64,000 nucleotides of DNA, from assembly GCF_006345805.1 (NCBI RefSeq), contig NC_042999.1, positions 45,074,001-45,138,000 of the forward strand, given 5' to 3'. The notes under the pieces were generated by a model, which did no database searches, was not told the origin of the DNA, and worked only from the letters and a program-made list of their open reading frames with translations. The DNA comes from Octopus sinensis. Lineage: Eukaryota. This document shows positions 11,322-24,851 of this stretch, one piece after another. The position numbers and the translations under genes were made by a program. How positions within the stretch are numbered: the stretch's first letter is position 1; each line of letters begins with the position of its first letter.

Positions 11322-11570
11322 TGGAGGTGCTTGGTTTAGTGGTTAGGGTGTTGAACTCCTGATCGTAAGGTTGTTGTTTCAATTCCTGGACTGGGCAATG
11401 CGTTGTGTTCTTGAGCAAAACACTTCATCTCACATTGCTCCAGTCCACTCAACTGGCAAAAATGAGTAATCCTGCGGCGGACAGGCATCCTGTCCAGGTG
11501 GGGAATTTCTATGCCATTGAAACCGGGAAACTGGCCCTTGTGAGCCTGGCATGGCTTGAGAAGGAGCATT
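11322..11570 (+). mobile_element. tRNA-derived SINE family D (V/CORE-like central domain)
   Basis: A box tggtttagtgg, B box gtttcaattcc, central gtgttcttgagcaaaacactt, 3' gcatcctgtccaggtggg...gaaaccgggaa. Confidence 0.7.
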
Positions 11571-11715
11571 TATTACCTATTTTATTTTAAATTGTATATG
11601 TCTGCCACATAAATAAGCACGAATATTTCATAGAATTGTACTTATGTGCATGTGTAAAGTGATAGGGGATACAAAAAGCTTAGTTCAATTAAAAAAACAT
11701 TTTTCACTATTCACT

Positions 11716-12070
11716 CGCCACCACCACCTCCACCACCACCACCACCACCACCACCACCACCACTACCACCATCACTGCCACCACCACCTCCACCACCACC
11801 ACCACCACCACCACCATCACTACCACCATCGCCACCACCACTTCCATCTCCAGCAGGATCAGCACCACCATCGTTTCCTCCTCTACCCCACGTCATGGAC
11901 ACTTCTCTCTCCTTCTTTTCCTCTCTCTGTCTTTTTCTCTATCTCCCTCTTTTTCTCTCTCTGTCTTTTTCTCTCTCTGTCTTTTTCTCTCTCTCTCCCT
12001 CTATTTCTCTCTCTGTAATTTTCTCTCTCCCTCTTTTTCTCTCTCTCCATCATTTTCCCCTCTCCTTTTT
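11716..12070. repeat. (CAC)n followed by CT-rich low-complexity tract
   Basis: Direct reading. Confidence 0.95.
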
Positions 12071-12927
12071 CTTTCTCCCTCTTGATCTCCCTTTCCCTTC
12101 AACAGGAAAGCATTAAAGCATTACAATTATGTTTCCTCCTCTACTCCATGTCATGAACACTTCTCTCTGCCTCTTTTTCTCTCTCTGCCTTTTTCTTTCT
12201 CCCTCTTTTTCTTTTTCTAATCATGTGACAGTGTTACAAACCAGCTAAGTATTGGAATGACAAGCAGCATTATTATAAGATTGCTTGAAATTGTCTCCCC
12301 TTTTCTTTGAGATTTACTAAGTTTCCTCTAAGTTTTCTTTTCCCCAACTAAATAAGATTCACTACTCCACATGTTTATTTAAATGTTCATCTTTTTTTTC
12401 ATCCCTTCTTTCTCTTTGTTTTCATTTTTATTTCTTCTTGAAATTCTGCCAACAGCCACAGCTAGTTCTGTTGTCATCTAATCTAACAAACACAATCCTT
12501 CTTTTCTTCATATTGGATTCTTAAATCCAATATTGTGTTCATTGTTAAAAGCAGTGGCTTCAAGAATCATCCACTTCCCATCATTCTACTCTTCCTAGTG
12601 GCTTAATAATCCTGTAATATTTAATGACATCGAAATCCGCTCTCCATGCCCCACAAAAACTAAAGAACCAAAAATATTATAAACCTTCAAAATCTTTGCT
12701 TTGCTATGCAATCCAATCTGATATTCTGCACTTTAATTGAAGTTTTTCATTAGCAAAGTTTTAAGAATATGATTTGTTTTAAAATATTGAAATTTGACTG
12801 AATTATTTTTATATTGCAAGTGTTATGGCATCAGGTGTTGTATTCTCTCACAGAACATCTTTATTTCTTCTATAGCTATTTTGGTAATAGATAATATGCT
12901 GCAACCCTTGTCTTCTGGTTGGAAAAA

Positions 12928-13570
12928 TCATTGTCATTGTCGTCGTCATCATTATTGTCTTTGCCTTTGTCATTGCTGTCATCATTGTCATTTGTCATCA
13001 TTATCGTCGTCATCATTGTCGTCGTCGTCATTGACGTTGTTATCATTGTCATCATCATCCTTGTCGTCATTGTCATTGTCGTCGTTGTCATTGTCATCAT
13101 CATCATTGTCATCGTCATCATTGTCCTTGTCATCACTGTTGATGTCTTCATTGTCATTGATGCCATTGTCATCATCATCATTGTCGTCATTTTCATTGTC
13201 ATCATCATCCTTGTTGTCGTTGCTATCGTTGTCATTGTCATCATCATTGTCATTGGCATCATCATTGTCATTGGCATCATCATTGTCGTTGTCATTATCA
13301 TTGTTGTTGTCATTGTCATTGTGTCATTGTCATCATCATTGTCGTCGTCATTGTCATTGTCATCGTTGTTGTCATCATTGTTATTGTTATCATCATTGTC
13401 GTCATTGTCATCATCATCATTGTTGTTCTTGTTATTATTGTCACTGTCATTGTCATCATCATTGTTGTTGTCACCATTGTCATCTTTGTCATCATCCTTG
13501 TCATTGCCATTGTCTTTGTCTTTGTCATGGCCATTGTCATTTTTGTCATTGTCATCACTGTCATCATTGG
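12928..13570. repeat. Degenerate (TCA/TTG/GTC)n trinucleotide tract
   Basis: About 640 bp of cattgtcat-type units; source of the poly-S/D/M ORFs. Confidence 0.95.
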
Positions 13571-13890
13571 TGGCAGCAGCATTTTAGCATCTACATTTCC
13601 ATGCTTGATTGGATTAGATAGGATCTATTGATGTAACTATTCTCTGGTCAGATACTCTCCTTGTTGCCAGTTCTCCCCTGTTTCCAAGCAAGATAATATT
13701 TACCCTAGTCCTGACATGTTTCCATGGATAATTGAAAACAAACATCACTGCTTGTACAACAGTCGTGTTGTATTTATATTTAACACCCAAGCTAAGTGGG
13801 ATCGTAGTTGGGGATGACGCTAGAGTCACATAACTGTCACCTTTCGAGCGTTGGCCCTCATGAAAGCAATGTGGTCAATGCTGGTGCTGC

Positions 13891-14295
13891 TTGTTGTTGT
13901 TGTTGTTGGTCACCTCAAATGCTTGAGGATAACTCTCAGAAGTGCTAGAGCTGCGGAAGGGAGACGAATCATCTCATCCATTGTAGCCTTTAGTTTGCAG
14001 ATATATCTTTCCACCATCAAGGCCGGACATCTCAGCCAGAGATGTTCTGAAGATTCTACCTCCTCATTACAGAGTCTGCATTGATCTGTGACACTGCGTT
14101 CTGCCATCTTTTGCCACTGCCCGAGTGCTGGATGATAACCACTATGGAAGTGTATCATGTCTGTGAAGTCCACCTTTGAGAGGGCTACTTTGGTTCTTTC
14201 ATCCAGCTTCTTTGTGAAGACTTCCTTCAGACGGGGGTGTTGAATTGGTGTTGGCTGGAATGTTTGACATGCTGCATAACTAGCACCTGTGCTGG
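13891..14295 (-). mobile_element. 3' end of an I-group-like LINE (C-terminal CCHC finger, (CAA)n tail)
   Basis: HSGYHPALGQWQK...CRLCNEEVESSEHLWLRCPAL (C-x2-C-x8-H-x4-C). Stop at 13910-13912 is followed almost immediately by (CAA)6. Confidence 0.75.
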
Positions 14296-14329
14296 TGGTA
14301 CCTTTTGTGTGTTGGGCCTCATGGAGGCA

Positions 14330-14598
14330 ATGACAAGTGACCAAGACCCATGGCAATATGCCATGTTTGTGTAAAAGACCCAACAAACTAAGCGAAATCA
14401 TAGTCCTGGAAGATACTGGTGTCACACAAATGACACCTGTGCTGATGGCATGTTTGGCATTAGGAAGGGTATCCAGCTGCAGAAACCATGCCAAATCAGA
14501 CTAGAGTCTGGTGCAGCCCTCTCAGCTAACTAGCTCTGGTCAAACTGTCCAACCCATGCCAACATGGACAACAGACGTTAAATGATGATGATAATGAC
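14330..14598 (+). mobile_element. Degenerate family B copy
   Basis: ttaggaagggtatccagctgcagaaac...ccaacccatgccaacatgg...gttaaatgatgatg. Confidence 0.7.
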
Positions 14599-14678
14599 AT
14601 AATATCAAGACATGGAGACAGAAAATCACTCACCTACTCACTCACAAATACATACATAAGCACTAATATACACAGACA

Positions 14679-15945
14679 TGCAGGAAGTAAATAGACTCCT
14701 TTAATTTTCAAAATCTGTTATTTAATACGCAAAGCAAACAATTGAAATGTAATCGATAGGTAGGACTACATACTTTAGTATTTAGTTGACATTCCGTTTG
14801 CAGTTTTCAATTCAGAAACTCTCTTTGGTATTGAACTGATGAGCCTTGTGATTGTCTCTTGTGGAATTTCTGCCCACTTTTCACGCAACAATTGAAACAA
14901 TTCATCTTTAGATTTAGGTTTCTGTCGAGTTTTTTGTATAGCTCTGTCTAGTATACTCTAAAGATTTTCATTTGGGTTCATGTCAGGAGATTGGCTCGGC
15001 CAAGGAAGCTTTTTGATCCCATTTTTAGTCAGTCATTATTGATTCCTTTTCTCTGTGTGGCATGGAGCCCCATCTTCCATGAATAAAAATTCATTTTTCG
15101 TTATGTTATCGTGTGAATACATCGGAAGTAGTCCTTGCTTAAGTATTTTGATGTATTTTTCTGAGTTTCTGGTTCCAACACATTTGATCAGCTCAGAATG
15201 ACATTTGCTGGTGACAGCTCCCCATAGCATTACAGAGATATTGCCATGTTTCACAGTTTGTTGGAGTCATTTCAAATCAAATCAATTTCTTGACTGGGAA
15301 GCCTCCAGACCCAAACACGTTCACTGTCTGAAAATAATGCAAATCTGGATTCATCTGAGTAAATCACTTTATCCCAAAATGAACTGGATTTTTGTGACAT
15401 CTCCTTATAGCCCATATCTTTCTTTTCCTGATATTAATTGGTTGAAGGAGAAGTTTTCTTCTAGCTGCTCATCCATGATACCCAAGCTTATGCAGATATG
15501 TAACACATGTTCTTGGACTAACTTCTAGCTGTTTTGCAATGTCAGAAGTCTTTGAATGGGGTTCATTTTCCACAATTCTCTTCAAACAGCAAAGCTTCCT
15601 TTCCAAAGGCCCAGGTCAGCTGGGACGAGAATCTTTGATTCTTTTCCTTGGCTTTTGAATTGCACTATAATTCTATTAACAGTAGCAAGAGGAATTTGAA
15701 GATTTTCGACAATTTTTCACTGGCTAAGACCAGCCTCAGATTGCCCAACAATACAACCTCTTTGAAAATCTGACAGTTCTGCTGAATTTTATGTACATGG
15801 CATGGTTACTCTTTACAAATGTTTAATATAATGGCATCTGGAATGAAAAAGAATAATTACATTGTAAATTCTACACTGCTGAAAACATATTAAGATGCTT
15901 AGACTAGAAATTTTGAAAATTAAAGGTGTCTATTTACTTCCTGCA
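14679..15945 (-). mobile_element. Full-length decayed Tc1-like transposon (~1.27 kb)
   Basis: TIRs tgcaggaagtaaatagac(t/a)cctttaattttcaaaat at both ends, TA on the right. The minus strand encodes ELSDFQRGCIVG, VMLWGA, FMEDGAPCH, SPDMNPNENLW and a terminal GMSTKY*, with stops and frameshifts. Confidence 0.9.
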
Positions 15946-16178
15946 TATTTGTGTATGTCTTTTATCTTTTACTTCTTTCAATCATTGGATGGCAGCCGTG
16001 TTGGGACATAACTCTGAAGGATTGTAGTTGAACAAATTGACACTAGTACTAATGTTGCTTTTTAAAAATCTATCAGTCTCTTTTTGCTGAACAGCTTGGT
16101 TACAAGGATGTAAACAAGCCAACAATGTTTTTCAAGCACTTTGATGGGAAGTGGGGTTAACAAATAAAAATACAGTGA

Positions 16179-16213
<35 letters not shown>

Positions 16214-16233
16214 TCAACAGGCATGTGCACATG

Positions 16234-16267
<34 letters not shown>

Positions 16268-16367
16268 CAACAGGCATGTGCACATGCACACACACACACA
16301 CACACACACAAGGACGTGTGCACACACACAAGGACATGTGCATGCACACACACACACACACACACTC

Positions 16368-16559
16368 ATTGATGGGTGTCTGCACAGTTTCTACAAGATT
16401 TACTCATAAGATATTGGTCGGCTTGGGGCTATAGTAGGGATACATGCCACAAAGTGGGACTGAACTTTAAAGCACTTGGTTACAAAGTGAGCTTCTTAAC
16501 CATACTATCACATGAGGGGTTATATATGTATATATATATGTGTGCATGTATGTGTGTGC

Positions 16560-16607
<48 letters not shown>

Positions 16608-16848
16608 TTTTATCTGTTTCAGTCATTTTGATTGCTGCCATGCTGGAGCACCACCTTTAGTTAAACAAATCGACTCCAGGAAATATTCTTTGTAAGCCTA
16701 GTATTTATTCTATCGGTCTCTTTTTGCCGAGCTGCTAAGTTATAGGGATGTAAACACACCAACATTGGTTGTCGAGTGATAGTGGAGGGACAACACACGA
16801 CACACAAACATATACAGACGTATTTCAGTTTCCGTCTACCAATCCACC
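16368..16848 (-). mobile_element. Two SINE family A fragments (head 16368-16512; body 16606-16848)
   Basis: Similarity to the family A consensus; separated by (TA)n. Confidence 0.7.
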
Positions 16849-17035
16849 CTGTATATACCACTAATATATATATAATATCTATATATATGCTATAATTATA
16901 TATATATATATATTATTATGTTATATTTCGGATATGGTCATTTTGCCATATTTATACATATATATATATTATATATATATATATATATATAGTAATATAC
17001 TATATATATAAAAATATATATTTATTTTATTTATA

Positions 17036-17130
<95 letters not shown>

Positions 17131-17133
<3 letters not shown>

Positions 17134-18347
17134 CAAACCAAATCAAAATAGATGAATATCAATGGAATTTGTATCTTTGTGGTTCCAGGTACCGGTTGGC
17201 ACACAAGAAAACCATCCGAACGTGGCCGTCGACTGGCCTCCGTGCTGTGGGCACAACAAACACCATCTGATCGTGGCCGTTCGCCAGCCTCACCTGGCAC
17301 CTGGTGTCGGTGGCACATAAAAACACCACCACCTCCAAAGACCCGGCGACGTAGTCAGTCCACCTGTGCTACCTTCCCTCTTATGACACTTGTGAAGACC
17401 TGTTGAGGCAGAGGCAAGTGTGTGACACTTGTGAAGACCTGTTGAGGCAGAGGCAAGTGTGTGACACTTGTGGAGACCTGTTGAGGCAAGTGTGTGACAC
17501 GCGTGACACTTGTGAAGACCTGTTGAGGCAAGTGAAAATCAAACCAAATCAAAATAGATGAACATCAATGGAATTTGTATCTTTGTGGTTCCAGTACCGG
17601 TGGCCCCAACAAATCAAAATAGATGACATCAATGAAATTTGTATCTTTGTGGTTCCAGTACCGGTGGCACACAAGAAAACCATCCGATCGTGGCCGTTCG
17701 CCAGCCACATCTGGCACCTGTGTCGGTGGCACATAAAGACACCATCCGAAGACCCGGCGACGTAGACAGTCCACCTGTCATACCTTCCTTCTTGTGACAC
17801 TTGTGAAGACCTGTTGAGGCAAGTGAAAATCAATCAATGAAAATCAAATCAAATCAAAACAAATCAAAATAGATGACATAAATGGAATTTGTATCTTTGT
17901 GGTACCAGTGCCGGTGGCACACAAGAAAATCATCCGAACGTGGCCGTAGCCAGTACCGCATAGACTGGCCTCCGTGCTTTGGGGACGTAAAAACACCATC
18001 CGATCGTGGCCGTCCGCCAGCCTCATCTGGCACCTGTGTCGTGGCACATAAAAACACCCATCCTCGCGTGGCCGTCTTGCCAGCCTACTTCTGGCCACCT
18101 GTGTCGGTGGCACATAAAAACACCATCCGAGCGTGGCCGTTCGCCAGCCTCGTCTGGCACCTGTGTCGGTGGCACATAAAATCACCCACTACACTCTCGA
18201 GTGGTTGGCGTTAGGAAGGGCATCCAGCTGTAGAAACACTGCCAGATCTGACTGGCCTGGTGCAGCCTTCGGGCTCCCCAGACCCCAGTTGAACGTCCAA
18301 CCCATGCTAGCATGGAACGCGGACGTTAAATGATGATGATATGATGA

Positions 18348-18350
<3 letters not shown>
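17131..18350 (+). mobile_element. Family B element with modular internal tandem array (opposite orientation to 2132-3745)
   Basis: Same modules in a different order. A ~38-bp subrepeat gtgacacttgtgaagacctgttgaggcagaggcaagt occurs 3-4 times at 17383-17535. Ends in gttaaatgatgatg. Confidence 0.85.
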
Positions 18351-18389
<39 letters not shown>

Positions 18390-18417
18390 TATATATATAT
18401 ATGTATATATATTATAT

Positions 18418-18451
<34 letters not shown>

Positions 18452-18454
18452 TAT

Positions 18455-18610
18455 GGTTGTGTCTGGGGAGAGTCATTTTCTTTTTGTACCTTATATTTTA
18501 ACACACTCACCAACAAAATTTCCACTTATTTCTTATTTTTATTTTCCTAAAATTTTCGCTATTTCTTGCAACATTTTCTTGCAATTAGTCTTGAAATCCA
18601 AAAACGAAGT
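18455..18610 (-). mobile_element. Penelope-terminus remnant of the 54596-55125 family
   Basis: gtgtctggggagagtcattttctttttgtacc...tttccacttatttcttattttt is shared with 54650-54750. Lies inside (TA)n. Confidence 0.65.
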
Positions 18611-18627
18611 ATATATATATATATGAA

Positions 18628-18666
<39 letters not shown>

Positions 18667-18721
18667 TATAATATGCATACATACATATATGCATCTCTCT
18701 CATGCACACACACACACAAAT

Positions 18722-18885
18722 GATGGATTTCAGTTTCCACTTACCCAGTTCACTCACAAGGTTTGTGTTGGCCCCAGTGCTATAGTATGAGACTCTCACC
18801 TAAAGTACAGTGCAGTGCAGTGTAGAGTCTGATCCTGAAACCATGTTGTTACAAACTAAACCTCTTAACCACACAACTATGCCTG
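18722..18885 (-). mobile_element. Degenerate SINE family A head
   Basis: ttcagtttccac...cactcacaagg...gctatagta...cttaaccacacaac. Confidence 0.6.
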
Positions 18886-19409
18886 AAACTAATTCTCAAA
18901 CACCCCATACCCCATCCCCCAGACACACCTCCACTACTGATTATACTTTATGAGATTTCAAAACAAGTCTTGGAGTTTATCTTTCCTGTTATATTAAGTG
19001 AAATAGCAGCACAGATAATAAATCTTGGCATCATAAAGTACATGCCAATACCTCTCAGGTCAAATACTATTATTCTATAAGTGGAACATCTGAATTAAGT
19101 AGCTCCATCCTGTATGAAATAATAATAAGAGGCAAATATGTTTATTATGTTTTGGTTATTGTTTTATGAATAGCAATTCTTTTTGAGTGGGAAGAAGGCC
19201 ACCATTTGCAGAGAATTAACCAGAGTAAGGTGAATCACACTCACAGTTCTACTAGTACTGTTATGTTACCATGCCCTTCTTTTGTTAATTCTTTTGAGAA
19301 TTGAAAGGCAAAGTCAACTTTAGTGAGATTTGAACACAGAATGAAACTGCAGGGACCAAAGGCATTTTAATCTGATGTTCTACCTTGTTCTACTATCTTC
19401 TGCCACGAT

Positions 19410-19915
19410 CCTCTGCAAGGCAGTTAATTGGCTGAGTTCTTAGAGCATTGGATTGATTGCTTCATGGCTTTTTGTTCTGAGTTCAAATTTCACCTTGGTC
19501 AACTTTGCCTTTTATCTTTACAGGGTAGATAAAAAATGAGTAAAAATCTTGGGCAGTAGATTGCTGAAACTGTAAAGATACACTGTAATGTTTGCCATGA
19601 CCCATCTGTCTTTACATTCTGAGTTCAAATTTTGCTGAGATCGACTTTACCTTTTATCCTTTCAGGGTTGATAAATTAAGTACTTGTTGCATACTGGGTC
19701 GATTTAATCAGCTGGCTCCCTCCCGCAAAATTTCGAGCCTTGTACCTAGAGTAGAAAAGAATATTTGCCATGACTAAGGTGACACGTTACCAGAATCATT
19801 AGCAATCTGGGCAAAATGCTTAGTGACATTTTGTCCATCTTTGCGCTCTGAGTTCAAGTTCTGCTGAGGTTAACTTTGCCTGTCATCCTTTTGGGGCCAA
19901 TAAAATAAGTCATTA
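19410..19915 (+). mobile_element. Three degenerate tandem SINE family C monomers
   Basis: Repeated ctgagttcaa...actttgcct...atcct...ggg...gataaa. Confidence 0.65.
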
Positions 19916-20225
19916 TTTAATGTCTGTTTTCCATGCTGGCATGGGTTGGACGGTTTGTTTAGAACTGGTAAACAGGAGAGCTGCACCAGGCTCCAATCTG
20001 ATTTGGCAAGATTTCTATGGCTGGATGCCCTTCCTAACACCAACCATTCCATGAGTGTAATGGGTACATACCACCAGCATGGGTCCCACTAACACAACGC
20101 CAGTAATGGCCACAACTATGATTTCACTTGGCATGAAAATGTCTTCTCAAGCACAGCATATCGTCAAGGGTCTTGGTTACTTGTCATCACTTCCATGAGA
20201 CCCGACATTCATAAGTACCTGTTGA
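19915..20225 (-). mobile_element. Degenerate family B copy
   Basis: ttccatgctggcatgggttggacgg...ggatgcccttcctaacaccaacc. Confidence 0.7.
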
Positions 20226-20944
20226 AAATTGGGGTTGATGTAATCGCCTTATCCTCTACCTACAGCTGGCCTTGTGCCAAAATTTGAAATCAGTATTTGT
20301 TCTGACACTTTGTACCCCAAGTTCAAATCACACCATAGCCTAGTTGGGGTTGGGGTGGGTGGGGTAGACTTAATATGTTTCCTGGTTTAACATCCCCACC
20401 TTCTGTCACTTTGGGTACCTTTAGTGTGAATTCCACTTTGTTTTAAGTATTTTGGCCAGGTGATCAGTCAGGGGATAGCTTCCGCTCTCCTTGCCACCAT
20501 TCTTAGATTCTATGAGGAAATTTGGACACTGCCTTCCCTTATGACATATCATCATCATCATCCTCATCATCATCATTATCATCATCATCATTTAATGCCT
20601 GAGCAATTCCTTGGGTCAGACAGAGTTCATTCTTTAAAACAGATTTTACTCTGGCTGGATGCCCTTCCTGTTATCAATTCTCACCTGCTTCCAAGAAAGG
20701 TAATATTTCCCCATGGCCAGATGTGTTTTTCCTGTGGAAGACTGGAAATGAATGGTGTTGCTTGTATGACAATGAATCTTGTTTACAACCACCACATGAT
20801 GTCAGGCCAGGGGTACATATATGCAAACATAGGCACAAACATACACACACACATGCATATATATAGAACAACAAAAACAGACAAAGAAAATTATATCTTG
20901 ATTTTAGATCTCACCTTATAAATCTGACAATTGTTTCAATAGCA

Positions 20945-21568
20945 TTTACCAACCACATGGTTCCAGGTTCAGTCCCACTGTGTGGCACCTTGGGCAAGTG
21001 TCTTCTACTATAGCCTCGGGACAACTAAAGCCTTGTGAGTGGATTTGGCAGATGGAAACAGAAAGAAGCCTGTTGTATATATATATACATATATATAATT
21101 AAAAATGAGGGTGTCTAAAGACACCAACATGCCGAAATAGCAGTCGAAACACTGACTATAGTACCACGTTAAATGTTCATATCGCACCATGAGGTAAAGC
21201 GGAGGGACAAAACATACAAGCAAAAATTATTGAATAATTCAAGATCCAAGGATCTCTGGTTCTGCTTTAGATAAGCTTTACCGTCATCAATTGAATATAT
21301 CAAGGGCACATAAATACAGATATATATATGCACAGCAAACGATATACTTACATATACGAGCATGTTTGTGTGTGTGTATCCCAACATTGCTTGACAACCG
21401 ATGCTGGTGTGTTTATGTCCCCGTAACTTAGCGGTTCGGGAAAAAAAAAACGATAGAATAAGTACTAGGCTTACAAAGAATAAGTCCTGGGGTCAATTTG
21501 TTCAACTAAAGGCGGTGCTCCAGCATGGCCGCAGTCAAAATGACTGAAACAAGTAAAAGAGTAAAAGC
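20945..21568 (+). mobile_element. SINE family A split by a ~275-bp insertion in its internal microsatellite
   Basis: Head 20945-21076 and body 21362-21568. Unrelated sequence at ~21090-21355 carries the Penelope-terminus-like TTGATGACGG on the minus strand (compare CTGATGACGG at 56547-56556). Confidence 0.75.
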
Positions 21569-21640
21569 GATATATATATATTTGTATATTTAATATATAT
21601 ACACAAATACATGTACATATGCATATATATATATATATAG

Positions 21641-21672
<32 letters not shown>

Positions 21673-21691
21673 ATATATATATATATGTATG

Positions 21692-21722
<31 letters not shown>

Positions 21723-21960
21723 ATATATATATTTATATAATATGATACAGGTGTGTCTGTGTCTGTACATATTATAAATATATGTATATATATTGTGTAT
21801 GTATATTATATATAAATATATATATGTATGTATGTACGTATTATGTATTGATTAAGTCTTTCCTTGTTTGTTTTTGCAAAATAGTGGTTTTGTCTCAAAA
21901 ATATTTATATATATATATATATATATTTAAATAGGATTAGCTCGTATACGAGTAGGTATA

Positions 21961-24799
21961 TATTTGTTAAAAAATGAAGTTCGAAAATGCTGCTGTATTA
22001 TACAAATTTTAATTTTATATATACATTATACATGTTTCAGTTCCTGAAATGAACCTTATCAAAAAAAGTTATATATAAAAAAGAGACAGCTCATGCCGTC
22101 AAACACAAGAAATTCATTATAATACACAACGGAGTCAGACATCTTAGAGTTCATGTATAGTTGATAATAGTTCATGTATAGTTGATATATAGTTTGAAGT
22201 ATATGTTCAAAGTGTTCGATGCAGTGGCCCACGGTGGCGATACGTATTCAATACAAAAAACAGATCAAAGTGGTGGAAAGCGGTCAATACAGAAGATTGA
22301 TGTTTCCGAAAGAGCGAGGAATTCATTTTTACCTTAAGCAATTGTGATGACCCATGTGGTGGAAGTTCGCTGGTGGTTCTAGTGAGTTTTTGTGAAATGC
22401 CTCGGTTTATAATGCCTGTTAGGTGGTCAATCTAGCGTAGCGTGACGTCATCAATGTTTTGACCAATCGTTTCGTTAGGTGGCTTTAACCAAGTGGAACG
22501 GGACGTCATCATTATTTTGACCAATCGCTGCATTATAACTCCCTCTTGTTTGTTTCCTGTCTTGACCAGTTGCTTCATTAGTCAAGCATAGCGGGACGTC
22601 ATCCAGATTCTGCCCAATCACGACTTATAGCTACATTAGATCTGCCCCCTGTCTGTACTTGTTAGGTGACTATTCAAGCAGAAAAGGACGTCATCAATAT
22701 TCTGACTAATGACTGTCCCCTGTTTGTATCCTGTCCATTCTAGCAGAGCTAGATGTCATCAACTTGTTGACCAATCAGAATCGGGTCTGACCCTTAGCTG
22801 TATCGTATGTATCAGGGTCAGATTTGCACGAAAGAATTTTTTCCTTTTTTACTAAGGCATATTTCCGTCAGAGTGAGTGTCTGTTTGAAGTAGCGGCCGT
22901 GGTGAAATTGGTTCTCCTTTTCGGAGGACTTATCTTTTGTTTTAGTATTCCTGGCCCAGGGTGTTTAAACTTGGTCTAAATTTTTATGAAATATAGTTCT
23001 TTATTTTGGCGTTGTGTGAAGGTTGCGTTGTCACTGAATTTATAGAGCGGGTTAGTTGTAAATTTCGGATTTACATTTCAGCACATCTATCTATGTGTCC
23101 GCTGACCGGTATTTGCGGTAATCAGGGTTTCTAATTTGTGATTTATGCACCGCCATCCTGTTACGTAAGCTATTTTTTGTATGGCCTATATACTGCCTAT
23201 TGCAGCCTGCGCATGTTATGATGTAAATTAAGTTTTCTGATGCGCAGGTGAAGTTTGTTCTAATGGTGAACTGGTGGCCTTGTTCCAGTATAAATTCTGA
23301 TCCTTCTTTCAAGATGACACAAGATTCCGCAGTTGGGCCTTCCACATTTTCTAACTGCTGGTTTTGTGGTTGATGTTGAGTGCAGTGTAGCTTGGGTTAA
23401 AATCCTTTTCAAGGATTTTGGTTGCCGTTTACTTTTAATGATGGTGTGTGTTTCGAGGATCCGGTTCATCTTTGGGTCTCCCTTTAGTAGGGCTGTGCTT
23501 TGTAGTATGGTGTTGAAGGCCTCATTGTTGAGTGGGTTGTGTGTAGAGATGTAGGGAAGGGTTTTTAATTGTTCTTTCTTTTTGGTTTTGTTTGTCTCAG
23601 GTCTTCTATACTTAATTTAAGTACCCGTTGGATTGCACTGTCTATTAGGGGCTGTGGATAGTTTCTATTTGTGAGTGTGGTTCTAAGTTCCTGGAGACGT
23701 GTGTGTGTCGGGTGTTGTGTCTGATATTATGGTGCAAATCCTTCTAGCTAAACAAAAAGGGACATTCATTCTAGTGTGTCGTGGGTGGCATGAATCAAAG
23801 GGTAGGTACTGTTTAGAGTCTGTCGGTTTATAGTAGATATCTGTCTCTATTTTGTTGCCTGTTTCTTAATGAGGATGTCTAAAAATGGTAATTCTTTTTC
23901 GTTGTGGTCCATCGTGAATTGTATATTGTCATTTATTCCATTTAATAGAATTTTAAATCCTCAAGTTTCTCTATGCCTTGTCCCAGATGATGAAACAGTC
24001 ATCGAGGTATCTTTTCCAGTTGTTATGGATATAGGTGGCGAAGGTGTTTCCATATTTCTCGAGTGTCATCCGGTATAGTATTTTCTCGAGGTATCCCATC
24101 ACTAGGTTGGCAAAAGATGGTGCAGTACGCGTGCCCATCGCTGTTCCCGATCTTTGCCTGTAGAAATCATTGTCAAAAATAAATAATTGTTCTCTAAAAT
24201 GAATCTAAGTCCTTTATTATAAGGTTTTTGTTTATGCGAGTTGGGAGTTCAAAGGGGTAGTTATTCAGCCAGAAGGTGATTGCTTCTATTCCTAGGTTGT
24301 GAGGGATGTTAGAATAAAGATTAACTACGTCGAATGATACTAGAAGGGTTTCTCATTGACTGTTTTAGGGAGGTGGTTGAGCATATCTATATCGTCTCTT
24401 ACGTAGCTTCTGATGTGTTTTAGGAAAGGTTTAAGAAGTGTGTCTAAGAAATTGCTGAGGCGGTGAGTTTCACATGCTGGCCCTGCTATTATCGGTCTTA
24501 GTTAAGATCATTTGGTGAAGGGATTTTGATGAGTGTGTCGGGGATGTTTTGCACGTTTCTCTAATGGTTTGGCTTTGTGTACCTTAGGGATACCATAGAA
24601 CAAACTCGATTTGCATTTGAAGTTAGTGATGTATTCATACTCCTTGTTCGTGAGTCCTTCTTGGTATTGTTGATAATGTCCTAAGGTTATGCATTATTTT
24701 TTGCTGGTTATACTGTTGGGCCCTTTCATAATACGTTTCATCTCTTAATAGGGATAGCACTAACTTTTTATAATTGTTTGTATTCATTATTACTATCGC
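21961..24799 (-). mobile_element. Penelope-like element, inverted (left) copy
   Basis: Reverse complement of ~25135-27968, with scattered single-base indels. Confidence 0.92.
22942..24799 (-). pseudogene. Penelope-like RT plus GIY-YIG ORF, frameshifted
   Basis: Fragments include AVRKCGRPNCG and NFTCASENLIYIITCAGCNRQYIGHTKNSLRNRMAVHKSQI. Confidence 0.9.
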
Positions 24800-24851
24800 C
24801 ACAACGTTCTAATTATTATGAAATGAAAGATGATATTCTAATTATTATGAA

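Noticed and set aside
12794-13621. Long ORFs rich in S, L, C, H or M/T/D
   Set aside because: They are translations of a degenerate trinucleotide tract, open in several frames on both strands. The same applies to the YIYI, HTHT and VCVC ORFs throughout the track.
22029-22062. Functional ribozyme at the end of the large Penelope element
   Set aside because: Stem II and the ACATGT palindrome are present, but the core reads TTGATAA in both arms and stem I does not pair. Treated as degenerate at most.
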